Source of the DNA: Spirochaetales bacterium
GTDB taxonomy: Bacteria > Spirochaetota > Spirochaetia > Treponematales > Treponemataceae
Assembly (NCBI GenBank): GCA_043775705.1
Contig: JAYVSC010000150.1
Span: 1,031-65,030, forward strand
Length of the DNA: 64,000 nt
Direction: 5' to 3'
Part shown: one piece after another, positions 10,128 through 19,142 of the stretch
How positions within the stretch are numbered: position 1 is the stretch's first letter
How the letters are laid out: each line of letters opens with the position of its first letter
The notes under the pieces: generated by a model
The model's input: only the letters and a program-made list of their open reading frames with translations
What the model was told of the DNA's origin: nothing
Databases searched by the model: none
Made by a program: the position numbers and the translations under genes

Positions 10128-11636
10128 TTATTTGATGCGGTCGAAAACAACCGGCGGGGATCCGGCCAGGTTTACTGCTTCGATGGATACGGTCACCTCT
10201 GTCAGGGTTAGAATCTGCTGCTCGCCGGTGGAAACGGCCCTTTTTTCCGTCGATGCCAGATAAAAAACAGATTTTGATTTGGGCTGATCCGGTCTGAACT
10301 GAAGAATCGGCTTGTCCTTTACGGTCATTATCATAAAAAGACCGCTTTCGCTTCCCCCCGAGCCTGTCAGGGTATAGCGGGTATTATTGATCTGGAATTT
10401 TTGTCCGTCCGGGGAACTCCATTCCTTGGTGCTGGATGAGAGCATAGCTTTCAGCTGTACAATGGACTGTTCGGCTTCTGTTTTGGGAAGTACCGTATTG
10501 TTTGCCATTTTTTTATACACCCCGTCCCAATCCGAAGCAACTCCGATTTTCAATTTGACGTCTTCAAGTATTTTGATCCTGATTTCATCGATTCCGGTGA
10601 GTTCAATGTCTATAAGGCGGCGGATGCTCGGAATCGACTGATTCCGGGTGGTTAAATACGCACCATACCGTCTCGGCGCACCTGATTCGCGCAAATATAG
10701 TTCTTCCGTCGAACCGTTGTGAAAAATTATCTCTTTTTCATTCATATTGAAAAAGATGTATTTTGTATCCTTGGTTGAGCTCGATTCCGGCATATACCAG
10801 AGACCGGTCAGAAAATTCTCGAATGTGCTCAAGTCGCCATTCTGCAGCTGGCGGACCAGCTGCGTCTCTATCTTTTTTCCCGCAATGCGGGATTCGGAAA
10901 CCTGCTCGTACCGCTTGACTGTCCTGTCCCAGCGGTAAATTCTCTCTATCTGGTCAAGGGTTTGCGGAGAATCAGGATCCGAATTATAGGTATAGATGGG
11001 ATAACTGTCGCCGCTGGTCAGCCCGAGATTGTAGGCATCGGATCTTTTGATTTCCTGAATGGTGATCGGACCATCCGAACGGAGGTCCGCAACTGCCGTA
11101 AAGCTGATTTTCCCGTCTTTGTTGCTGACCGGCAGATACACCGCAAGAAGTTGGATATTGTCCGCGGTCATCCCGGAATAAATCAATGCATTTGTGCGGT
11201 CGCCGATGATATCCATGGCATAAAAAAGCAGGGTTCTGGACTGGGTTATACCCGTGCGGATACCCGTTATTCGGGTATATTCGCCGGTAAGTGGATTTTG
11301 AATTCCGGGAATCAGGTAGATATTGGGTTCCGATATTTTTTTGACCGCGCAGATCTGGTCAGCGACGTTATCCTTGTTCAGGTCTACGGTGATAGCCTGC
11401 AGAAAGGTTTCATCGCTGTCGAGTACGATCAGCGGCTGTGTTTTGGATTCGTCATAAACTGTGGCATCCTCGGCTGGAAGCACGTTGACCGGAATGGTAT
11501 TTTTCACGATCGGAACGATAGTGCGTACCGATTTCCTTGTTTCCGGTAAAAAAGAAAGGTCGGACCGGCTGAAAGCGAGCCATATAAAAAGGCCCGTCAG
11601 CGCGGCAATAAACACAATAAGAACTGATCGCTTCAT
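10128..11636 (-). CDS. Pallilysin-related (Tp0751-like) membrane-anchored protein
   Basis: N-terminal anchor and a DLNKDNVAD Ca-binding-like loop. Its position between the SPOR gene and the vWA gene matches recalled treponemal synteny. Confidence 0.55.
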   Translation of the reverse strand: MKRSVLIVFIAALTGLFIWLAFSRSDLSFLPETRKSVRTIVPIVKNTIPVNVLPAEDATVYDESKTQPLIVLDSDETFLQAITVDLNKDNVADQICAVKKISEPNIYLIPGIQNPLTGEYTRITGIRTGITQSRTLLFYAMDIIGDRTNALIYSGMTADNIQLLAVYLPVSNKDGKISFTAVADLRSDGPITIQEIKRSDAYNLGLTSGDSYPIYTYNSDPDSPQTLDQIERIYRWDRTVKRYEQVSESRIAGKKIETQLVRQLQNGDLSTFENFLTGLWYMPESSSTKDTKYIFFNMNEKEIIFHNGSTEELYLRESGAPRRYGAYLTTRNQSIPSIRRLIDIELTGIDEIRIKILEDVKLKIGVASDWDGVYKKMANNTVLPKTEAEQSIVQLKAMLSSSTKEWSSPDGQKFQINNTRYTLTGSGGSESGLFMIMTVKDKPILQFRPDQPKSKSVFYLASTEKRAVSTGEQQILTLTEVTVSIEAVNLAGSPPVVFDRIK

Positions 11637-11643
11637 TATAATC

Positions 11644-12531
11644 CTACAAAACTGTCGGTTTTTCCTTTTTTTGCTCCTGTTCTCTTTCTTTTTTGCGTTT
11701 CAAAAAGATGATCAGAACAACAGCTATACAAAAAGAAATGAGAGCTGATATTATCACAATAATCGTAGAAAGGGGTAGCGGGGCTCCCTTTTCCGCCCCT
11801 GATTTACCTGTGGCACCGGCCGTTGATTCTTGTGATGCGGGATTGCCCGTACCTGCGATGGTTACTCCGGTTTCGTCGAGCGCCGTGCTTCCGTCCTCAT
11901 TAATCCCGGTCAGGTCGGCATTTTTGCCGCGTGTTTCTTCTATTGAAGTGAAAAGTTCTTTACTGGTCTTTACCACCCGGTTCTGGATGTTCATATCCAG
12001 CGTAATTTCATACCAGGCATCATGCTGCAGTATCCGGGCTTCCGCGAGGTAGGGGCTGTCAAATTTCTCGGGAGAGCCGGCATAGCGGGAAGTCCACGGC
12101 GCTTCCTGTTTCAGGTCGGTAAGCAGGAGCATGATTTTAAAACGGTCATTTGTGCCGCGTTTGTCCAGCGCCCGCTTGATAGTGTCGAGCGCAAGTCCGA
12201 TATCGGTATATTGACCGTCCGGCTTGATTAAATCGATGGTCTTTATGATTTTCTGCCGGTCACCCTCATTCTGTACCGTAAAAGTCAGCAGATTTTCTGC
12301 TTTTCCGTAAAAATCATACAGGGTAATCCAGTCACCGTCGATCAGTATCTGGCCGATCAGCTGATCGCGTACCCATTGATGCATGCTTTCAAACTTTCCG
12401 CTTTCAGCCATCGACTGGGATTTGTCAATCATCAAAAATATGTCGACGGGGATGGTCCGTTCCCCGGCCGGGAGGGGGCTAAATATGAAAAGGACTAGAA
12501 TTAACGTGATTATATATCTTGTTTTTATCAT
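11644..12531 (-). CDS. vWA-domain membrane protein (TP0750-like)
   Basis: MIDAS elements DKSQS, GQYTD and LLTD. Signal peptide plus a C-terminal TM helix followed by KRKK. Confidence 0.8.
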   Translation of the reverse strand: MIKTRYIITLILVLFIFSPLPAGERTIPVDIFLMIDKSQSMAESGKFESMHQWVRDQLIGQILIDGDWITLYDFYGKAENLLTFTVQNEGDRQKIIKTIDLIKPDGQYTDIGLALDTIKRALDKRGTNDRFKIMLLLTDLKQEAPWTSRYAGSPEKFDSPYLAEARILQHDAWYEITLDMNIQNRVVKTSKELFTSIEETRGKNADLTGINEDGSTALDETGVTIAGTGNPASQESTAGATGKSGAEKGAPLPLSTIIVIISALISFCIAVVLIIFLKRKKEREQEQKKEKPTVL

Positions 12532-12583
12532 TATTTACACTCCTTTATCAGTTTATACTATTAACTGAAATTTTGCACACTAC

Positions 12584-12596
12584 AAAAAAAAAAAAA
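12584..12596 (+). repeat. A13 homopolymer between the divergent vWA and cfpA starts
   Basis: 13 consecutive A read directly from the sequence. Confidence 0.9.
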
Positions 12597-12599
12597 TGC

Positions 12600-12627
12600 T
12601 TTACATAATCTTAACTATGTTTATAAT
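12600..12627 (+). promoter_or_regulatory. Probable sigma70 promoter of cfpA
   Basis: TTTACA-16-TATAAT. Confidence 0.55.
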
Positions 12628-12677
12628 GATAATATAGATTTATATCAGTTTCACAATAGAAATAAGGAGATAGTAGT

Positions 12678-14756
12678 ATGGGAAGCATAGACCTGCCACG
12701 GAGCCCGAATGTATTTCATCCAGAGAAGCCTAGTGCAGTTGGTTCACGAAACTCGCTTGCGCAGGATTACCGCGATCAGCAAAAAGAAGTAAACCAGCTT
12801 CTTGAAGAAGAAACCAACAAGGTTTTGCATCACTTGAATTCCAAACTTCCCAAGGAAGTTCTCGAACGCCTTGATGTTATGGGCGGAGTCAAGGAAAAAC
12901 TTTACAATTACTTTAACCAGAACTATCAGAATATGTTCAATCGTTACATGGTAACCGCTGAAGATGAAATGGTGAAAAAAGTTCGCGGATTCGTGGATCG
13001 CGAAGAAATGCGTGTTTTGAACCGCTATACCCCGAAAGAAATAGCCACTCTTCTTGACGAAGTAGGCGGAGCTGACAAGTTTAATACCGGTGAAATTGAA
13101 AAATCGATGGTAAATATGTATGGTCACCTTCAGGGCCATATTCAGCGCGGCGTTAATGACCTTGAAACCCTCACCAACTCACTGCTTCGCCAGAAAACTG
13201 ACGTTGGTGCGTTTGTTCGCGGTGAAAATGCTTATTCTATCGTAAAATGCGCATTCAAGGACAATATTTACAAGCCGAAGACCGTTACCGATGTAAAGCT
13301 TTCAGTAAATATCCTTGATGCAGAACTCATCAGCCCGATTTTCCAGTATCAGGCAACAGTTGAATACCTCATCAAAGATCTTCTGTCCAAGCACTATATG
13401 GACGAAATCGATAAAGCCATCGAAAAGATCAAGGACGAACGCATTGATCAGGGTCTTGAAGAAATGTCAGACGGCGAAATCATTTTCGCCCGCATGAACA
13501 AGGTAAAGGAATACGCATCCGACGACGTTGACAATCCCAAGAGCATCCGTTATGGCGTAATTGCCAAGGAACTCATGGAGCGCATCAACAATCTTCGCGC
13601 CGAAATTGATCCTGCTACCTTTGACCAGCTCAATATCCGCGAAAACCTCAAGAAAATCATTGATACCGAAAACATCCGCAACCGAGGATTCAATACCGCT
13701 ATCAATTCGCTTACCTCAATTCTTGATACTTCGAAAATGGGATATCAGTATATTGAAAACCTCAAGAATGCACGCGAGCTCATCCTCCGCGAATATGACG
13801 ATACCGATGCCGCTCATCTTCCGGATGAACGATATCAGATCCGCCTTCGCTACTATGACAACGCGCAGCTGAATGAAGAACGCAAGTCCTATGAAATCAT
13901 GATCCGTTCGTTCGAAACCGAGGTTGAACACCTTTGGGACGTTCTGAACACACGCTACGAGGATTCAAAATTCCTGACCCGCGTTACCGATTTCAATGAC
14001 CTCGCGAGACTCTACAAACGCAAGATCCGCAAGAATTACAAAGAAAAATCCGGTGACCCGGTCTATGAAGACATTGCAAAAGTTTGGGACGAAATTTCGT
14101 TCATCAAACCTGCAGAAACCGAAGTTGAAAAACTGAACAGGACCTTCCTGTTCGAAAAAGACAAGCTCCGCAAGAAAATCATTCTTATGCGAGACAAGCT
14201 CAAGAATATGTATAACTACCAGTATCCGATTGAACGTCGGGTAATGGAAGAACGCCTTACATTCCTTGAGTCCGAATTCAACAAGTTTGATTATATAATC
14301 AACCCTTTCCACCTTCAGCCCGGACTGCTGCTTGATCTTGACATCACCTCGATCAAACGCAAGAAGGCAACGCTTTACGGAATGGCAAACTGCCTGAACG
14401 AATTCCTGCACGGTGTTTCAAAAGGTTTCCAGGACGCGGCATTCGCATCCTTCAGCCGCCGCCGTTCAACTGTTCGTGCCGACATTGCACAGTCTTTCTC
14501 CCTCGACAACAACGAGGAATCAGGCGTTGCAACTCCTCCTCCCGGACGATCTGCCTATCTTGACATGCTGAATGAAGGTTCTGCCCCGGCAGCACTGGAT
14601 GCACCGGTCAAGAAAGCAAGCGCTGCGCCGGCTAAAAAAAGCCGAACCCCAGCGTCTGTTAAGTCTGCCAAAGCTGGCGTTGTTGATTCAGGACGCGGAC
14701 GACGTGGTCGCGCGCCGGTAGCAACAAAGGGCAAAAAGGGCCTCAAAGAGATTTAA
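12678..14756 (+). CDS. cfpA: Cytoplasmic filament protein CfpA with a basic low-complexity C-terminal tail
   Basis: The N-terminus [24 protein letters not shown] is characteristic of treponemal CfpA. ~690 aa with a strong AAGGAG SD. Confidence 0.9.
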   Translation: MGSIDLPRSPNVFHPEKPSAVGSRNSLAQDYRDQQKEVNQLLEEETNKVLHHLNSKLPKEVLERLDVMGGVKEKLYNYFNQNYQNMFNRYMVTAEDEMVKKVRGFVDREEMRVLNRYTPKEIATLLDEVGGADKFNTGEIEKSMVNMYGHLQGHIQRGVNDLETLTNSLLRQKTDVGAFVRGENAYSIVKCAFKDNIYKPKTVTDVKLSVNILDAELISPIFQYQATVEYLIKDLLSKHYMDEIDKAIEKIKDERIDQGLEEMSDGEIIFARMNKVKEYASDDVDNPKSIRYGVIAKELMERINNLRAEIDPATFDQLNIRENLKKIIDTENIRNRGFNTAINSLTSILDTSKMGYQYIENLKNARELILREYDDTDAAHLPDERYQIRLRYYDNAQLNEERKSYEIMIRSFETEVEHLWDVLNTRYEDSKFLTRVTDFNDLARLYKRKIRKNYKEKSGDPVYEDIAKVWDEISFIKPAETEVEKLNRTFLFEKDKLRKKIILMRDKLKNMYNYQYPIERRVMEERLTFLESEFNKFDYIINPFHLQPGLLLDLDITSIKRKKATLYGMANCLNEFLHGVSKGFQDAAFASFSRRRSTVRADIAQSFSLDNNEESGVATPPPGRSAYLDMLNEGSAPAALDAPVKKASAAPAKKSRTPASVKSAKAGVVDSGRGRRGRAPVATKGKKGLKEI

Positions 14757-14781
14757 CGGATTCGGTTTGAATACATGAAAG

Positions 14782-14826
14782 AACCCTCGAAAACAGAAAA
14801 AAAGCTGCGTTTCGGGGGTTTTTTTT
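14782..14826 (+). terminator. Intrinsic terminator after cfpA
   Basis: Imperfect stem AACCC.CGAAA.CAG / CTG..TTTCG.GGGTT followed by a T run. Confidence 0.6.
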
Positions 14827-14877
14827 ACAGTTTTAATCCGAAAATGAGATATACTTGAATAAATTGAGGAGGAAACG

Positions 14878-15954
14878 ATGGTAGAGCCGGCTAATTTTTA
14901 TGTCAGTCTGTCTACGCGGGAAGGATTTAACGCTTCCGTACGACACATTAATAAAACTCTCGAATTGCTTGATGCATGTGGTCCTAAAAAAAACATTGCA
15001 GATGAAATCAACAGGCTGCAGAACGAGAAATTATTGGTTTCCGAAGAGGTTCAATCCGCGGTAAATATGCTGCTGGTAGAAAAGGCCGGATACACCACGG
15101 TTTCCAGAAATATCAGCGCTGTCACCACTAATTCGGATTTAATTGTTCAGGAAACTTCCAAATGGAAAGCGGTCGATGTGGTACTCGGCTATCATCATCC
15201 TGATCTTGGTTTTATCGTTCTCAATCCAAAGAATTCCGAAAGCGTAAGCATCATTTCCGGTTTCCGAAAAAACGAACTGGTAATCATATATGCCGGATCC
15301 CAGGATTCAAGTCCTGCATCCCGCACAAATGCACAAGCCGCAATTGTCTGTCTTTTAGATATGCTTGAAGATAGAAAATCAAAGGTTCCCGCATCCCTCC
15401 TTTCCGGTCCGTATTCTTTTATCCAGCCGAAAAAAGCCCTCAAGGCAAAACCGGCTGCCGCTGTTCTTTCAAGAGGAAAAGCCTCAGGAACTTCGAAAAC
15501 ATCCGCCCGTGTCCCGGTATCTTCCCGTTCGGGAACATCCCTTTTCACCAATCATGAAACGCCCGCATCCGTTCCTGCCGCCCCTGCGGCTGCTGCACAG
15601 CCCGCGGCGGTTATTCCCGGTCAATCAAAACTGACTCCCCTTATTTCCGTCATTGTCTCTAATGAATTGTTCCATAACGGAAACGTCGAAGCCTGGAAAC
15701 GCATAATCCGTAGCTTTAACGCCAAATATCCCAATCTGCAGGTATCGATCTATTATGACGGGGAACGGATCATTGATATCAATACCCTGTTCAAGTGGGG
15801 CAAGGTAAAACACGGAAGCTGCATTCAGTTCCGCGTGGCAGGCGACAACATTCAGGATCTGGCAAAACTTTCCAGGTATTTCAAACAGGGCGCAAGCTCA
15901 CAGTATGAGGCGTTCCTGCACGGCTCTCCCGATACTGTTATGAATCTCTTCTAG
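14878..15954 (+). CDS. Conserved treponemal protein (TP0747-like) with a K/A/P/S linker and a C-terminal HPr-like domain
   Basis: GAGGAGG SD. Residues ~254-345 align by eye to HPr (see findings). Confidence 0.7.
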   Translation: MVEPANFYVSLSTREGFNASVRHINKTLELLDACGPKKNIADEINRLQNEKLLVSEEVQSAVNMLLVEKAGYTTVSRNISAVTTNSDLIVQETSKWKAVDVVLGYHHPDLGFIVLNPKNSESVSIISGFRKNELVIIYAGSQDSSPASRTNAQAAIVCLLDMLEDRKSKVPASLLSGPYSFIQPKKALKAKPAAAVLSRGKASGTSKTSARVPVSSRSGTSLFTNHETPASVPAAPAAAAQPAAVIPGQSKLTPLISVIVSNELFHNGNVEAWKRIIRSFNAKYPNLQVSIYYDGERIIDINTLFKWGKVKHGSCIQFRVAGDNIQDLAKLSRYFKQGASSQYEAFLHGSPDTVMNLF

Positions 15955-15964
15955 GAGTGAATGC

Positions 15965-18900
15965 ATGAAAAGTACTAATGCGATACATTTTTTTACCCAG
16001 AAAGAAACGGTCAATAAAAAAATTGATAAAAATCTGCTTGGTATCCGCGGACGTCAGGCAAACGAGTTCGCCGAACTCGGACTGCCGATTCTTCCCGGAT
16101 TTATTATCGACTCAACTTTGGCACCGGTTCTTGAAGAAGAATCCGTATATCCGCTTGTCCTGCCGTTTCTTAAAAAATGTAGCGAACTGGTAGGGAAGTC
16201 CTATGGTTCGCAGGACAATCCGCTTCTTGTAAAGATTGTTATTTCACCCAATCTTGCGATAGCAAACTATCCGACGCTTCACAACTTCGGTTTGACCAAA
16301 ACAACAATCACCGGATTCGAGAAAAATGTCGGGCAAAATTTCGCTGCTCATGAAGTACTGTTTCTGCTCAATGGTATCCTTTCAATCGAGAGGCAGTGTG
16401 CGGAGCTTGAAGAAAAGGCCGCCGATATTACTGCATTGACGGAGGCCTTGAAGGAAATCTCGGTAACGATACAGAGCGGGAAGGATATTCCCAGCGGCAT
16501 CGACATCATGAACCGGTATGCAGCACTGCTTCCCGCAGGTTTTTTTGATACCGCAGAACAGCAGCTGGAAATTTCCCTCAAGGAGATCAGCCGTCTTCTC
16601 AAGCTTGATGACCAGAATGACGCAGATACAGCGATCCTTGTTCAGCCGATGGTTTACGGAAATTACGGAAAGGGATCCTGTGCAGGATCATTTTTCAGCC
16701 GGAATATCGTAAGCGGCGAGAAAAAACTTCAGGGCAAGTTTTTTGAAGAAAAGTTTGACGACATCAACGCGGTCGGAAAGGATATTAATTCCATTGATCC
16801 CGTTTCCCTGAAAAAGCTTCAACAGATCGCCTGGATGCTGGAAGATGACAGCAAGGATATCAGACAAATTCGGTTCACCATCGAAAATGGTCGGCTGTGG
16901 CTTATCGAACAGAAATCTGTCGTATCGAAAAGCACTATCTCCCTTATTCAGCTTTTGCTCGACCTGAACAAACGAAAAATAGTCAGTGATTCCTACGTGG
17001 TGAAAACAATCAAACCCGGAATCCTGAACGAGATTCTGCACCCTGTCCTTGATCTTTCCAGCATCAAGGAATTTAAAAAATCCTCCGGCGGTATTACCGG
17101 CGCTCCGGGCGCTGCGGTCGGACGGGTGTATTTCAATGTTGACACGCTTATCGATGCACAGCGCATTGCCAGGCAGAATGGCGAAGATACCCGCGGCATC
17201 CTTGTAATGGCCGCAACCTATGCCGGCGACGTGAAAGGAATCGAAGTAGCGACTGGCGTTTTGTCAAATGAAGGCGGCTATTCGGCTCATGCATCGGTAG
17301 TTGCACGTCAGTACGGCAAGATCTCTCTGGTTAGACCTGACATGGTGATCCGGGGTAAAAAAGCTACTCTCGGCGGACTGACTATCAATGAGGGCGATTT
17401 TATTACGCTTAACGTTCCTTACTATGGAGAATCGACTGTATTTCTCGGAAAGGCTTCATTGATCGAACCTGATCCTGAAACATCCGGGCTGCTCGAGTTT
17501 ATCAGGATAACCCGTTCTTTCGTTCAGAATTTTCATGTGCGTGCGAATGCTGACAGTCCCCGTGATGCCCAGCTTGCGCTGCAGTTCGGCGCAGAGGGCA
17601 TAGGACTTTGCCGGACTGAGCATATGTTTTTTAATGAAAAACGCATCAATGTCTTCCGCGAAATGATTCTGTCGGAGGATATGACCGAACGGAAAAAGGT
17701 ACTTAAAAAACTGCAGAAAATGCAGAGTGAGGACTTTTACGGCATCCTCAAGGTGATGGGTGAACGCGAAGTGACGATCCGTCTTCTGGATGCGCCTCTG
17801 CATGAATTCCTCCCTCACAATGCTACAGAACTTGACGGATTTATTGCGCACCTGGCGGCGAAGACATCTGCCAAGATCAACAAGGCTGAGGTTCTCGAAA
17901 AAATCAATGCCCTATCCGAAATTAATCCCATGCTTGGACACCGCGGCTGCCGTATTGCAATTTCATATCCAGAAATCTACGAAATGCAGGTTCGCGCGCT
18001 TTTTGAGGCAGCCTATCAGCTTCAAAAAGAAAAACTCTCCGTGCATCCGGAAATCATGGTGCCCATCGTGATGAACTACCGGGAACTGAAGCAGATTGTG
18101 TATGGCAAGAAAATAGAAGGACACACCTATCAGGGTATTGTATCGATCGCAGAATCTGTCCGTGAGGAGCTTGGAGCCAAAGCGCTCGATTACAAGATCG
18201 GAACCATGATCGAGCTTCCTGCCGCGGCCCTCAGCGCAGGTGAAATAGCCCGATATGCCCAGTTTTTCTCGTTCGGCACGAATGATCTGACCCAGACAAC
18301 CCTCGGGCTTTCGCGCGATGACTTCAATTCTTTCATGCCCGATTACACCATGTATGACTTGATCGACGGGAACCCTTTCGCGGTCCTCGATCCCCGTGTG
18401 CGTGAACTAATTGATATTGCCGTCAAGCGCGGTACTGCCGCCCGTCCCGACCTGTCGAAGGGTCTGTGCGGAGAGCATGGAGCCAGACCAGAAAACATCC
18501 GCTTCTGCATGGAAGCCGGTCTCGATTATGTGTCGTGCTCCTCGTATTCGGTTCCTATCGCACTTCTTTCTATCGCACAGCTTGAGCTGGAGAAAGCGGA
18601 GAAAGAAGGCAGGGTACTCGTTCAGAAGACTTTAAAAGATGCATCCCCGGCAAAGGCCGATAAACCGGTCCAAGCCGCAAAAACCGCGTCAGCAAAGTCT
18701 TCAAAAAGCGTCCCGGCGAAATCCGCTGCAAAGAAACCGGCAGCAGCCGCAAAACCGGTAGTGAAGAAGGCCGCTTCTGCAAAACCGGTAGTTTCTAAAA
18801 AACCTGCTGCAGTAAAAAAACCGGCAGCTCCCAAGAAACCTGCTGCGGCAAAACTGCCAGTCAAGAAGGCATCCGCGAAAAAACCGGCAGCAACGGTCAA

Positions 18901-18979
18901 ATCTGCTAAGCCTGCAGCGAGCAAAAAAGGGGCAAAGCCGGATACAGTAAAAAAACCGGCAGCCAAGGGTAAAAAATGA
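15965..18979 (+). CDS. ppdK: Pyruvate phosphate dikinase-like protein with a degenerate ATP-grasp domain and a KPAA-repeat tail
   Basis: Phospho-His motif GGYSAHASVVAR and PEP-domain motifs GLCRTEHM, NPMLGHRG, GTMIELP, GTNDL and LCGEHG. The last ~120 aa are K/A/P-rich. Confidence 0.85.
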   Translation: MKSTNAIHFFTQKETVNKKIDKNLLGIRGRQANEFAELGLPILPGFIIDSTLAPVLEEESVYPLVLPFLKKCSELVGKSYGSQDNPLLVKIVISPNLAIANYPTLHNFGLTKTTITGFEKNVGQNFAAHEVLFLLNGILSIERQCAELEEKAADITALTEALKEISVTIQSGKDIPSGIDIMNRYAALLPAGFFDTAEQQLEISLKEISRLLKLDDQNDADTAILVQPMVYGNYGKGSCAGSFFSRNIVSGEKKLQGKFFEEKFDDINAVGKDINSIDPVSLKKLQQIAWMLEDDSKDIRQIRFTIENGRLWLIEQKSVVSKSTISLIQLLLDLNKRKIVSDSYVVKTIKPGILNEILHPVLDLSSIKEFKKSSGGITGAPGAAVGRVYFNVDTLIDAQRIARQNGEDTRGILVMAATYAGDVKGIEVATGVLSNEGGYSAHASVVARQYGKISLVRPDMVIRGKKATLGGLTINEGDFITLNVPYYGESTVFLGKASLIEPDPETSGLLEFIRITRSFVQNFHVRANADSPRDAQLALQFGAEGIGLCRTEHMFFNEKRINVFREMILSEDMTERKKVLKKLQKMQSEDFYGILKVMGEREVTIRLLDAPLHEFLPHNATELDGFIAHLAAKTSAKINKAEVLEKINALSEINPMLGHRGCRIAISYPEIYEMQVRALFEAAYQLQKEKLSVHPEIMVPIVMNYRELKQIVYGKKIEGHTYQGIVSIAESVREELGAKALDYKIGTMIELPAAALSAGEIARYAQFFSFGTNDLTQTTLGLSRDDFNSFMPDYTMYDLIDGNPFAVLDPRVRELIDIAVKRGTAARPDLSKGLCGEHGARPENIRFCMEAGLDYVSCSSYSVPIALLSIAQLELEKAEKEGRVLVQKTLKDASPAKADKPVQAAKTASAKSSKSVPAKSAAKKPAAAAKPVVKKAASAKPVVSKKPAAVKKPAAPKKPAAAKLPVKKASAKKPAATVKSAKPAASKKGAKPDTVKKPAAKGKK
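18700..18976 (+). repeat. Degenerate repeats encoding seven KPAA motifs (histone H1/AlgP-like)
   Basis: Recurrent aaaccggcagc / aaacctgctgc DNA units. Seven KPAA counted in the translation. Confidence 0.85.
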
Positions 18980-19015
18980 TCTTTTACTGATTTTTACAAA
19001 AAAGATCAGTTATCC

Positions 19016-19046
19016 AGCCGGTCCGATCCAGGACCGGCTTTTTTAT
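19016..19046 (+). terminator. Intrinsic terminator after the ppdK-like gene
   Basis: AGCCGGTCC-gatcca-GGACCGGCT followed by T's. Confidence 0.85.
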
Positions 19047-19104
19047 TTTTGTACGGCGGGAATAGTACCCTCATCTGGCTGCCCGGGGGATGAGTATTCC
19101 TGCG

Positions 19105-19133
19105 TTGACAAATTCACTATCATTCTCTACTAT
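19105..19133 (+). promoter_or_regulatory. sigma70 promoter of alaS (very short leader)
   Basis: TTGACA-17-TACTAT. The ATG lies 9 nt downstream with no SD. Confidence 0.7.
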
Positions 19134-19142
19134 ATAGCAATC

